Of a DNA stretch of 64,000 nt, positions 50,197 to 63,100 are shown in pieces. The position numbers and the translations under genes were made by a program. A model generated the notes under the pieces. That model did no database searches. It was not told the origin of the DNA and saw only the letters and a program-made list of their open reading frames with translations. Position 1 is the stretch's first letter. Every line of letters starts with the position of its first letter. The stretch is taken from contig OZ024743.1 in NCBI GenBank assembly GCA_964016885.1, positions 63,240,001 to 63,304,000 of the forward strand. The letters run 5' to 3'. Source of the DNA: Eledone cirrhosa. Taxonomy: Eukaryota.

Positions 50197-52173
50197 TGGT
50201 AGTGAAACATAGAAGAAGACAGCAAAGGTGGCTAAGAAGCTGGACATTTGCCACCAATGTTGCCAACAGAATATTTTCAAGGTCACCAGAGAAGACAAAG
50301 TCACAAAAAGAGAACATTTTTTGCAAAGTAAATTTCAGCCACTGTAAAACATTGTGGCGCTGTGTCAGTTTTACTTAGCAGACTGTATTTTGCACCTGCC
50401 ACCTACATAGCATGCAAGAAAAGGGAAAATGGAAAAAGGGTCAGCCATAGAACACCTTGTGCCAAACATTGCAGGAAGACCTGAAACGCACAAGAACTTG
50501 TTGGACAGGTATGGAGAACTGTGACAGATCAACCATGCTGACTTGTGTGTCTTAAAACATTGAAATATCTCAGTCTGTCTAAGTGGGTAAGCCATAGCAA
50601 ATACTCAGAAATATTGTAATATGTAAATGAAGTAAATAGAGTTGGATTAATTGACAATAACATTATTAACACTGTGTAGTTTCCTCTTCAACATCAATAC
50701 TAATTAAATCATGCAAATCACAATTCTTTGTTTTTATCTACTTGTCTGTTTGAATCACAATATATATTCACAGTAACTTTATTGATTCACTACAGACACA
50801 ACATCTTCCAGTGAAACTGACATTGTTCTGTACATTGTATTTATATCAATCACAACTTTGTATTCATAATTACCCTTCCACCTTGTTTTTATTGCCATTT
50901 CTCTCGGAAGGAAACCAGTCAGACATTTCTAAAAACTAAATAATTAAGAGAATGACTGAAACAACACAGCAAGCATTTTAACTCCTTGATTTTAAACCAG
51001 CGAAACCTGGATCTGATTCTCTGAAACAATACCACCTATTTGAAAGGGTTCCTATCTAAATTAGAACCTCCCGGCATATTTTATAGGAGATCTAACTTCT
51101 TTGTTAATTAAATGAAATACTATGTATTGCTTTAGAAATCATCATTTAATGTCTATTTTTCATGCTTGCCTGGTTTAAACAGGCTGTAACAAACTGAGGT
51201 CAGGAGACCATGTCTTGCCTGAATGTTCCACTTTTGGCTCAGTTTTTATGGACGACTGCCTTTCCTATTGCCAACTATTTTACATATACTGAGGACATTA
51301 TTGTGACTTCAGCACTACCACTTTACAGGGTGAACTGGGTGTATTTTGTCTTGGTACCAGCATTTACTTTGATTAAGTTTGATTTGAATACAATGCTTAG
51401 GATTTTTGTCTTTAGTATGCACAAGAAACTGACTTTATTGCATGTAAAAAGGAAAAGGTGCTGATCATCAGACTAAACCAAGGAAATAAAGATTCCACTG
51501 ATCTTTCCATTGATGATACTATCCTGGCAGAAAAATCAGCATGAAATAAAGTATTTTACTCAAGAACACAACACACCACCCAGTTGAGGAATTTAATCCT
51601 CAACTTTGCGACCATGAGTCCACCGCCCTAACAACTAGGTCACGTTGCATGTAAATTATGATATAAATTTATGTTCTCTACATTTTCTGGTAAATGAGAG
51701 TGCTGGTTTAGGGTTTCTTGTAGAGCAAAGTATGTAATTTGTAAATCTATGGCTTGCTACACCTTAGTGAGCTGTAAGAGCACTATAATGTCACCAAATA
51801 ATACTCTGTTTACATTGTGCAAAGGTATGTGGAGGTCATGCATATGAAAATGGTGAGTATACAAGATGTTATATAATAGATATGAAGGTCAGAGGTAATA
51901 AATAATCACCTTGACTGAGTTGTGTAACAGTTGCAGCATAACACTGTATAGCTGGGGTTAACAAATTTGCAGATTTATTAAAATATCTGATAAAATGCTT
52001 TGTGGGATCCATTCCAGCTATCTTCATTTTGTAATCAAATCCTCTCAAGGTCCACTTAGTCTTTCATTCTTTGGGGATCAAATTCTCTCTCTCCCATAAA
52101 TCTGCTGTGTTCAAACATGGAGAAGGAAGGATGAGCTTGAGACACATGTTACTCCTACAACTCTTTAAGGAGT

Positions 52174-52401
52174 TAACCCTTTAGCATTTACATTACTCTA
52201 TATATACTATTATATTTTCACAGTAAACACTTTACTTCACATAATTATCTCATATAATATTGAATCTACGAGATTTTGATATTATTTAGTTTGAGAACAA
52301 TACTTTAACATCAGTATGAGTGGCCGGTTACAATCGGTTTGAACAGAAAGAGGTGAGAGAATTCTGGCCAGATATGGCCGGTTTAAATGGTAATGGGTTA
52401 A
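52174..52401. mobile_element. TTAA MITE family M2 (also 41759-41988 and partial 59864-60010)
   Basis: TIR TTAACCCTTTAGCATTTA / TAAATGGTAATGGGTTAA, with AAACCGGCCATATCTGGCCAGAATTCTCTCACCTCT shared between copies. Confidence 0.75.
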
Positions 52402-52934
52402 GGGACCATAGATGGCATGGTTAATAACATACATTGCTGGGAAAAGTTGGAAGATAATGTCATAAAAATAGACAGAGCAGAATAAAGATAATTATGAGAG
52501 TAACCTTCTGAGAGGTTAATAGAACCAATGAAAGGTTTAATCAATTGTGAATTAAGCAGCTTTCTGAATTAAGTAGACTTACTAAGTGAGAAAAGTATTA
52601 CTCAGATTCAGATTCAAATCTAATTTAATTACTACAATTGCTTTACGAGAGAAAAAACAAACAAATTAATGAAATTAGCCAGACTTGAATCTTTTGAAAA
52701 AATACCATAGAAATAAATATATTCTTTAATTCTTTTATTTCTTTCAGACATTAGACTGCGGCCATGTTGCGGTAATGTTTTTAATTAGCCAATCATATCT
52801 ACCCCAGTACTTATTTTTCATGCTTGGGACTAATTTTATCGATCTCTTTATTGTCAAATCACTAAGTTACAGGATAAATACACGAACATAAACAGAGACA
52901 GTCACGTGTAACAATTGTTGAGAACTTCAGACTT

Positions 52935-53068
52935 TATTATAAGCACAGATAATATATATATATAAATAAATTTATTATAAGTACAGATATTTTATATATA
53001 TATAAATAAATTTATTATAAGCACAGATAATATATATATATATATATATAAATAAATTTATTATAAGC

Positions 53069-53104
<36 letters not shown>
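52935..53104. repeat. AT-rich minisatellite (TTATTATAAG[C/T]ACAGAT..(TA)n..AATAAAT) x4, ending in (TA)n
   Basis: Direct reading. One more unit at 55776-55810. Confidence 0.9.
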
Positions 53105-53107
<3 letters not shown>

Positions 53108-53508
53108 CGCCTTGCCTATGTACAAAGCGAAACCTAGTCAGTAGGCACCTCTTAACCAAATATACACCCAATCCACTACCACTACCCTATCCTCCCACTC
53201 CCACCAACACCACCCTCTCTCTATAAAGTTGCTACCACAACATCCAGTCCAAATAAATGAGATAATGAGATCGAGATCGTGTAGGTGTCATGAGAAAAAA
53301 CACAGTCCACGCTGTAATGTGGCCATGTAGGTAACACTGTAAATGTGGTTGGTGTTAGGAAGGGCATCCAGCCGTAGAAATCCTACCAGATAGTCCTATA
53401 TGAGCGAGACATGGTCACCTGACCAACCTTGCCTCAAGTGGGACAACTCCCGTCTAACCCATGCTAGCGTAGAAATGGACGTTAAACGAAGATGATGATG
53501 ATGATGAT
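53105..53508 (+). mobile_element. RTE 3'-UTR/tail copy
   Basis: Starts CCCGCCTTGCCTA (ORF end as at 8091), contains the AGGAAGGGCATCC box and ends in (GAT)n. Confidence 0.85.
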
Positions 53509-53514
53509 ATTCAT

Positions 53515-55775
53515 CATGCTGAAACAACATCTGAATATTTCTACAAAGAACATACCCGTACCAAGCAGGAAAACATACCTAAAACTCCTGATACAGAAAA
53601 CAGACGAGTTGATTAAAAGGTTGCGTTGGCGTGCCTTTTATTTTGATAATCAGCGAAAAGCAGACAACAAACAGGATAAATTTGGGTTTAAAACCTATAA
53701 TAACCCTCCGTGTAACCCAGCATTGCTACCCTTGGAACTCATACGGAGTATCAAATTTCGGAATAGGAGCAATTCCTACCAGCAGGACCTGAAGAATAGA
53801 ATTCATTCTATTAAGGATTCTAATGCCATGCATGTCCATTCCGACAAAACTGGTAACCTATATCAAGTGGAGCGCAGTACTTACCATCAACTACTACATA
53901 ATGCTGTAACTAAGGATTACCATAAAACTAATCGGTGCGTCATTAATGAAATCAACGATGCTGGGTTTAAAATCATCTCTGATCTCAACATCCTGGACCG
54001 GACCGAACCTCTGGACCCTATTTCTCCCCACTTTACCCTGAAGGATCACAAATCCAATTTTCCGAACAACCCCTCTATTCGGCTTATTAACCCTACAAAG
54101 TCCGATTTAGGTAGACTTAGTAAAAGGATTCTTGATAGAATTATACCCGAAATTAGGAGTTTGGCCCCTCTTGCACTGTGGAACAATTCTTTCGCCGTGA
54201 TTGATTGGTTCAACGGCATATGTAACAAGGAACATTGCCGTTTTATCCAATTCGACATCAATAATTACTACTCCTCCATCACTTTACCACTTCTCCTTAG
54301 AGCTATCAATTTCGCTAAAACACTCACAGTGGTTATTTCGAATTTGATGTGATCCTCAATGCCCCTAAGTCGGTGATTAATTTCGTCGACTCTATTTGGA
54401 TTAAAAAATCTAATAGTACCCCATTCGACGTGAGTATAGGCGCCAGCGATTCTGCGGAGGTTACTGATCTTATCGGCCTTTTCCTTCTTTCCTCTATCAA
54501 GGACGAATTCCCCAACGTGGGCAGTGGTTTGTACCGTGATGATGGTCTTTTGACCATGACTAAGTGCGGCCCACGTGCTTGCGACAGGTTCAGAAAAGAA
54601 CTCACAGCCTTCTTTAAAGGCTTTCAACCTCTCTATACAAGTTGAGGCCAACCTCTCGGTCGTTAATTACCTCGACGTTACCCTCAATTTATCAAATGGC
54701 TTGTATTACCCGCATAGAAAGCCGAATGATACGCTTAATTATATAAGTAAGCATTCTAACCATCCTGCCAGCATAACCAAGAACCTGGTAAGAAACGTTT
54801 CTTTGAGGCTTTCCCGTCTATCTACTAACGAGCATATTTTCAACGACCATTCCACATATTACAATGAAGCGCTTGCTCGGAATGGATTTGTCGATAAGGT
54901 AGCATATACAGAGTACGAGAATAGACCTAGAAAAATAGATCCCGACGCATTATATGGTATAACCCACCATATAATATGGAGGTGGCCACGCCATTAGCTA
55001 AGATCTTTCTATCCCTTATTACGAAGCATTTTCCCCCTACACATAAATATAGTAAAATTTTTAATAGAAATACTATTAAAATTTCTTATTCTATGACTCC
55101 TAACCTTGCACATAACATCACAGCTTCAAATCTAACTAAACTACCTAGCCGTAGGAACACGTGCAACCCTGTAAGTACTAACTGTAATTCTAGGAATCAG
55201 GTTGATTGCCCCCCTATCAGGGAAATGCCTCTCTAGTAACATTGTCTACAAATGTAAGGTTGTAACACCCACGTCCCGTAGGGCCTATATAGGGATAACC
55301 GCCAATAGATTCAAGCAGCGTCTTTACACGCATACCCATTCTTTTCGTTACCCTTTAAGAAGGAATATGACGTCACTTTCAGCTTATATCTGGAGTCTAA
55401 AAGACAACCACACCCAATATAAGTTACACTGAGAGATCCTAGCTAGGGCTAGATCGTATAACGGAAATAAAAGACCATATGACCTCTGCGCCGCTGAGGC
55501 CCTGGAAATACTCTACGCCACAGACCACATCTTAAACAAAAAATCTGAGGCAATTTCGGCTTGTAAACATAAATTGCACAAAACTTTCCTGTATTACAGC
55601 CCCACATTATACCCTAACGGATAGTACGATCTATACGCGGATATTTTAGGTCTTGAGGTGGTAGCTAAGTATATGTTATGTTTATACCATTACTTATTTG
55701 CATAGGTAAGTATATATTACCTGTATGTTTTGTGAAGGTACGTATACTTTCTTGTACGTATATTTGATTGGGACA
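53515..55775 (+). mobile_element. Penelope-like element (RT + C-terminal GIY-YIG, Naiad-type), inactivated
   Basis: Consecutive frames give STKNIPVP..LIKRLRWRA, DKTGNLY, TLKDHK.NF.NNP.IRLINP.KSDLGR.SK, QFDINNYYSSI, FDVSIG..DSAEV.DLIGL, GLYRDDGL, NYLDVTL, CN.R...CPL.G.C, IVYKC..YIGIT..FKQR..H and LC..E..LNKKSE...CKH. Four frameshifts and one in-frame TGA at 55430. Final stop at about 55624. Confidence 0.88.
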
Positions 55776-55812
55776 TATATATAAATAAATTTATTATAAG
55801 TACAGATATATA

Positions 55813-56593
55813 TCTATATATATAAAACAGAGGATGTCTGTGTGTGTTTCCCTAAAACTCGAGAAATACCCAACTGGTTTTTTTCAAACTTTATACATAT
55901 AACTCGTATGAACCCGGAAGTGTTTTGAGCAAAAAAAATTTCAAATTTTCAATGCCCTAGGGACCGCATTAGGCGATTTAGCGATCTCTTTCTCTTTGTC
56001 TTTCTCTTTTTAGATAGATACATAGATATTATGTCGCGCCTTCATAATATCTGTCTGTATGCCTGACTGTCTGCATTACGTCATTATGACGCGATCGGTG
56101 TGTGTGTGTGTATATATATTATGCCAGGGAACGTCTTCACGAACCAAAGTATCGTCTTCCTGTTTTCCAGATTGATTTTTTTAGTTTAAGAAGATCCCGT
56201 TAAGGTTGAAAGCAGTGATTCTTTGCTTAAACATTAATATGTTATTTTAATATAGATATTCGTGTACAGATATTTTTGCATACACAAAAACAAAATATAA
56301 ACAAACAAGGCCAAAGATTACATCAATTAGTCTTAGTGTATGTACTTCATACTGCTTTTAGGTAGAATATCCCGTTAAGGGTGAAAGCAGTGATTCTTTG
56401 CTTAAACTTTAGTCTGTTATTTTAATATATATATATATATATAATTATATATTTATGGACAGATATTTTTGCATACACAATAACAAAATATAAACAAACG
56501 TATTTATTTCACGAGTTTCGATAAGGATAAATATATATCAAATATATAAGAACCCTATAGCAAATACCGAGCAACGCCGGGCCATTCTGCTAG
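55813..56593 (+). mobile_element. Non-autonomous Helitron, copy 2 (same termini as copy 1)
   Basis: A|TCTATATATATAAAACAGAGG ... CCGAGCAACGCCGGGCCATTCTGCTAG|T. The first ~165 bp and last ~30 bp match copy 1. Confidence 0.85.
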
Positions 56594-58202
56594 TATATAT
56601 ATAATCCTTATCGAGCCCTCTTCAGATTTTAGTCTTCCATTTATTATTACCACATATATATAAAGGTGGTATTGGGGTAAACGACAAAACAAAATGTTTT
56701 TTACCAAGTATATTTCATCGTGATATTTCAAGGTTAAAACCTTTTCAAATGCAAATCGAAAACAGTGTGAGTGTGTGTGCACGCGCACATGTGCGTATGT
56801 GTGAACATCACTTGCTTCTGCAGTTTCTACCAGCCAAATTCCATTCACAAAGCATTGATCAACCCAAAGATATAGCAGAAGATGGTGTCAAGCAGTGGGG
56901 CAGAGCCCAAAACCAATTGTTTACAAAGCAATCTCCTTTACCACCTCATCCATGCTAATTAAAGAAGCATCAACAGAAAGTTAACACTCAGCACTGATGA
57001 AATTAATTTATAAATACTAAATCAACATTTGTGATGACATTTTCTGATTTGTTTTGAAGCCAGACATTTTTATTCATTTATTTATCAATTTATATGAGTG
57101 TGTGTGTGTGTGTATATATGTATGCATGTGTGTAATTATATATATATATGACAAAACAAGGCTTAGCATTTAAATTTATTTATTTATTCTTGTCGACATT
57201 ATCATTAGTAACAGAAAACTCCCATTTAACCACAAAACTACAATATCATTTTCAAATGAATGTCAACCATCGTTATTTTATTAATGATAAGAGTCTTTTT
57301 TATCCTATTGACAGCAACTTGTCTAAAACCACACTGGTTCTCAGCTTCAAAGCTGTATATTTTAAAGTGTTTATATTTATATAAAAACATTCCATCATAA
57401 TTTCATAAGCTTAATAATGAGAAACTTAATTTTATTACTAAATCCCTACAAATTTTAGATTATTTTCAAAATGATTTGAAAATCATAGGCAGTGTCTTTC
57501 ATTAGAAATATGGTAACAAAAGGCTTAAATAATTCTTCATATTTACTAGAAAAAAACATTCTTTCCATTTTACCAATGTACAAATGGTCATTTTATTTAT
57601 CTTGTATAGATAGTAACCATTTTCACACTCCTTTCTGCTTTTAATATGGATTTAAGTCAAACACCAAATGAATAGTTGGGGCAAATGTTTAACAAGCTGT
57701 AATGTTAACCTTTTCATCATCATCATTTTACATCCACTTTTCTCTGCTTGCAAGGGTGGGATGGATCCTATTCAGCACAGCATCTCTCCACTTGTCACGT
57801 CCTTATTTCTAATAAATGCCTTTGATTATTAAATTTGAAGGGATTTAGTAATATAACTAACTTTTCATTATTAATGTGGTGTTTAGAACATCACTTAAAG
57901 GTTCTACATAAAATTATGATGATAGGTTTTTAAACACTTTAAAACAAACAGTTTTATCACGGAACCAGGGGTAGTTTTGGGTGATTTGGTACCAAAAGGA
58001 TTTAAAACCAATCTTTTATGCTTAAAGTAAAAGAGCATAAGCAAATAGAGCAATGTGCTTCGGTTGAGAACATCACAATATTGGTGTTAGCAACCCAGCA
58101 CTTTTACCATTCACCAGAATATCTAATCAACACAAATGTTTTCTACCACTTCAGTAATTCTCTCTTGACAATTCTCTACTCATAATCAGTTGATCATCAT
58201 TA

Positions 58203-58385
58203 GTGAATTGGCAGTATCGGTAGAGGGTCGGACGCCATGCTTTGACGCATAGAGTTACGGCCTTTGCCATTCTGAGTTCAAATCTCGCCGAGGTTAATTT
58301 TGCCTTTCATCCTTACGGGGTCGATAAAATAAAGTACCAGTAATGTACTGGGACTTGTGCCAATAGTAGAAACAATTATTATTAT
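58203..58385 (+). mobile_element. SINE S1
   Basis: Same consensus. Confidence 0.85.
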
Positions 58386-61063
58386 GCCCATTTTCTATGC
58401 TGGCATGAGGTGGATGGGCTGCCTCAGTCAGAGACTAGACAGGCATATACTCCATTTTTGGCATGGTTTTTGTGACTGGATGATCTTCCACCTTACAGAG
58501 TGTACTTAGAGCATTTTATCAATATTACGACTTTAGAGCGTATTGGGTGCATTTCAATATAGCAATAGTCCTACTACTTTACAGAGTGTACTGGGTGAAT
58601 TTTATTGCAGCAACAGTGCTACCACCTTACAGAGTGGACAGAAAATTCCACATCGTTTCATCTATCTGTTAATCAGAATTGTGAACACAGCCTAGCAGGG
58701 TGGTTAAGAAGTTTTCTTATTAGGTCCTGGGTTCAATCTCACAGTATGGCAAGTGAAATTAGGTAGACAGAAACTGTTTGGAAGCTTGTTGGGTGAACTG
58801 GACCTGTAATTTAACAGGTCAGCCTAACCACATATTGTATCATGTTAAATCTCCCTGGGAAATACGTTAAGGATACACTTTTTTTTTGTATGCTCAGCCA
58901 CTTACATGTTAATTTCATAAACAGGTTGTCCCTAAATTTTGTTGAGTGGACATGTTCAAGTATCCTTGTTTTCTAATTATTTTGTTTGTGTAACCTTTAA
59001 TGCATTAAGCAGTAATAATGGATTCTGTATACTCCTTATAACTTGGAAACAGCCTGAAAACTCTGAAAAATAACTACATACGTTTTTTTATGGAAAAATA
59101 AATTTACTGCGTGTTAACTCTTAGCACCCTGTAGCGATGCAGCTGTAAATATCTAAAAATGCGTTTCTTGATTCAAATATTTATAGTAGATAGATTGTTA
59201 TGAACATTTGCAGTATTAGATTAAAACCTTTAACGTTTAAAATGATGCAGTTATATTGCAGTTTTGTACTTTCTGTTATAGGACATTAACATCTTCAGCA
59301 ATAATAATAGATTCCTTGTAATCCTTACAAGATTATTCAATAACTTGAAAACAGCCAGAAATCTCTGGAAAATAACTATATGTTTCTTTCTTTTTTTTTT
59401 ATCGAAATGCATCACTGTCAAAATAAAGGCACTGCATGTTAAAGAGTCATCCATTATTGCTACATTCCCTGACATATTCCTGTCCAGCATGAAGTTAACA
59501 AACCACCCTGTTTTGCTCTAGTCTTAAAAGCATCTTTATAAGCCATTGTATTAGAAGGAAATAATCTATCTATTGAGTTTGCTTTGTATATCCATCAATC
59601 ATTTCATCATCAGATTTCTGGTGAATCTAACTCTCCTATATATATATATATATATATATATATTCTAAATCTCTGTATTTTACATCACATGCTATTATTA
59701 AGTCCTACTGACAAACTTGCATCAATAACGCCTTGTCCATGGCAAATTTCTAAAGCTGGATGCCATTCCTGTCACCAACCCATACTTTTCAGTATGATAA
59801 AGATTTATGAATTTAACTCTTTGGTGACTGTATTTCTAATGAAATACATTATTTCAATTAAATTACCCCTTTAGCATTTACATTACTCTATATTTATTAT
59901 TGTATTTTCACAGTAAAGGCTTTACATCCCATAATAATCTCACATAATATCGAATCTATGAGATTTTGATATTTATTTTGAGAACTATACCTTAAAGTCA
60001 GTATGATTCATACTAAAAAAAAGAAAAGAAGGGTAAAGATGACTCTTCAATTGTGTCAAGAGCACAACAACTGTTGGTGATCTACATGATGAATGTAGCC
60101 AGTATACACTGTAAAGTCATTAGTAAATATAGAGGGACAAGAGAGCTCTTCAACTGTGTCAAAGACAAGACAACCTCATTAGTACTGGTGCCACAAAAAA
60201 AAAAAACATTCAGTGCATTCTATAGAGTGCAGGAATATATGTAAGCAACAAGTGAGCTCCTAGCCCATCTGATAGGTTAGTAGTTCTGATTAAGTATTGA
60301 CTTGGTCTGTAACCACTTGTCTAACACTTGCCAGTAGGGAGAAGTGAACAGATGATGATGATGATAGTAAAATCTCTAAAGAAAAGATTAAATTGCCATT
60401 ATGAATCCCTGGGAATTGTTAAACCTGTTTTGTCTTAATTCTATATAACTACACATTTCAACAATGAAACTTTAAATAAATTAGATTAGAGTAGATAATT
60501 AATTAATTCTAAAGAAAAAAACAGCCTAATAGTAGCTTTAAGTTGTAAAGCCAAATCTACAGTAACTCCAGCATATCTAAATATATAGCTGAGTTGTTAA
60601 CATACTGGATTCTTCTAATCTAGCAAGGGTTCAAACCAGGCCTAAACTGCTTGAAACTGAACAAAGTACTATAATATTAGGCTGCCTATATTTATCTTTC
60701 ATTATAATTCCATTTCAGAACCTTTAAGTTATAATCCAATCAAAAGGTTAGTTATATTAGAATATCCTTCCAAATTTTAGATTATTTTCAAAATTATTTG
60801 AAAATCATAGGTAGTGTCTTTCATATGAAATAGTGTAATAAAAAGATTTAAAAATATATATTTCTCCCAGGCTGCTGAACTGGAAGTTCCACTAGCTGGC
60901 AATACAAATAAAAATCAGTTGTAAAATTTTCTTTAATTTAACAAAACCATCTAAATTACATTGTTATAGAAAAAAACAAAAAAACTATCAAATTGAAAGA
61001 ATAATAGGGAATCTAGAATAGTGCATTGTATTGTATTTAAAATGTGAATATCATATATATAGA

Positions 61064-62044
61064 GATATATTTCTTTATTAGCCACAGGGGCACAAAAGAA
61101 GGGGACAAATACAAAGGGGGAAGTTTACATACAATAAAAACGTGTAAAATGTTATCACAAATGGAATTTAAAAAGTTAGTCGATTTTCCCCAATAAAGGG
61201 AGACAGTTTATATGGGTAACACATACCCCCGAAAAAAATAATGTGCAACCCTCATCTCCAGGAGTACGAGGAGTTTGTACTCCCTTCCTCTCCTCCTCCT
61301 TTTCCTCAACCTACAGGCTGATATAGAGAGAAGGCCCATTCACTCGGGCCATTCTCGCCACTTTCACCCACCTTTCATAAAACTTGCTGGGGTACAGCAC
61401 CTCTCTCTCCATCCTGATTCTTCTTCCAAAGTGGTATTTGAAAAAAAGAATCAGTTGTTGGCCGGAGAGAAAGGTGTCTGACCTCAGCCCTTTCAACCTT
61501 GTCCACCATACAACCTCTTTCGCCATAGCTATCACACAAAGGAAAACCGCCTCTCCTTCGTTTTTGAAGGAGGGTGGCGGTTTGATCATGACAATGGACT
61601 CGGTGGTCAACTGGATTGGTCCCACCCGCGACAATAGTCATTCTACATAGCCCCACAGGTCAGTGACGCCCGGGCAGTGTATGAATGCGTGCGCGACGGT
61701 TTCTTCGTCTCGCACGCACCTCGGACAGATCTTTTTTGCAGGGTCCCTGCCCGGGCGCCCATGTCTGTAGAGCTTGTCTCGAACTGCTAGAGCTCCTCGG
61801 TAGCACTGCCAGGCCAGGGACTTTTGGAAGTTGTCCATCGGTCCCGGGCGGAAGGTCCTACCGAACAGACTGGCCAGTTCATCTTCCTCTACGCCTAGAG
61901 TTTCACCGAGCGCGTCGTCGCACTTGCTGCGGACCAACCCTCTATAGAATGACGAAGTGGAGTCTCCACTGATCGCCGGGTCCGCCTGCCAGAGGGCTGT
62001 GAGCGCCTGAGCACATTCGATGTGCCAGTCGCCCATTTTCCTCG
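61064..62044 (-). mobile_element. L1/Tx1-clade LINE 3' fragment
   Basis: ORFs 61638..62114 and 61311..61634 are in one frame, split by a single TGA. zf-RVT-type CPRC..DEETVAHAFIHC...W, K..VW..R, GC-rich, AATAAA at the 3' end, candidate TSD TATATATAGA (61054-61063 and 62045-62054). Confidence 0.85.
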
Positions 62045-62670
62045 TATATATAGATAGAATGTTAAAAACATTTCTAGTAAGAAATTTAAGCCATTCATAT
62101 CTATTAAGCAACACCCAAAATATGTTCTAAACACCCAGAAATTACTTACAGAAAACAGACATCGTATTAATAAATGCTAGTGGCAATGGCAGAAGGAAAC
62201 CTTAACCTATTACTATGTTTCTAATGAAATACATACATTATCTACAATTTTCAAATAATTTTTTTAAATAATCAAAGAATTTGAAAGGATTCTATTTGAT
62301 AGACACATATCTATACTCTACAACACTTTGTATACACACTAGTTACTCACATTGTGCAATTGTTGTTGTATCTGGGGGGAGGAGGTTGAACGCGAACATT
62401 TGTATTATGAAATAAAAAATATGAGCTTTTCTTGCAAGACTTGTAATTCACAGAGCTTGGTGAAAATTATTTTATGCAAAGTGCATGTGTTTAAGAATCA
62501 AAACATTTTTAGTGGAAAATATTTTGGGCTACATTTGAGTTACAAACACATGGAGTATTATAAAGATTTTGCAAAATAGATTTGAAGCTATCACAATTCT
62601 ACAAAGGGAATGACATTCAAATAATTCAAAGATAAATTGTCAAAAAAAATTATACATCAAAATAGGGAAG

Positions 62671-62965
62671 AAGCAGGTATAGCCATGTGTTTAATGAGTC
62701 TGCATTGCAATTACATAGTTCTGGGTTAAATCCCACTATGTAGAACCTTGGGCAAGTTTCTTCTTTCTATTATAGCCACATGTTCATTAATTTTCTTCAT
62801 GTGTAATTTGGTAGACAGAAACTGGAGAAGCCTGCCATTATATGTAAATGTGTGTGTGTGTGTGCCTGTGTGTGTGCCTGTGTGTGTGCCTGTGTGTGTG
62901 CCTGTGTGTGTGCCTGTGTGTGTGCCTGTGTGCCTGTGTGCCTGTGTGCCTCTGTGCCTGTGCCT

Positions 62966-62996
<31 letters not shown>

Positions 62997-63100
62997 AATG
63001 TCTGTATATGTCCCATAATCTCAACAAAAGAGATTGATAAAATAAATTAAGAAGATACCCCAACATGGCCACAGTCTAATGGTTGAAACCAGAAGAATAA
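62671..63100 (+). mobile_element. tRNA-derived SINE family S3 with internal (TG)n expansion, representative. Others at about 3238-3520(+), 24690-24846(-), 28124-28425(+), 39990-40127(-), 56812-56956(-), 58690-58930(+)
   Basis: Family pattern GCATGGCTGTGTGGTTAAG..GGGTT.A.TCCCACT..CCTTGGGCAAG..TTGGTAGACAGAAACTG..(TG)n..CCC.AGCATGGCCACAGTCTAATG. Confidence 0.72.
62848..62996. repeat. (TG)n / (GTGTGTGTGCCT)n compound repeat
   Basis: Direct reading. Confidence 0.95.

Noticed and set aside
53492-53514. Poly-Met start of the 286-aa ORF
   Set aside because: It is the (GAT)n tail of the adjacent RTE copy, not the PLE start.
55430-55432. In-frame TGA in the PLE as a selenocysteine codon
   Set aside because: It falls at the expected Trp position (KLH-W-EIL), so TGG>TGA is simpler. 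The copy also has several frameshifts.
56600-56630. CTGAAGAG on the minus strand as a third hammerhead
   Set aside because: No closing stem II or GAAA on either side of the adjacent Helitron.
59325-59364. Possible additional minus-strand exon (ttttccAG ... GTAAG)
   Set aside because: No translation resembles the expected upstream Scribble LRR (LRKLxLSDNEI...LDxSRN).
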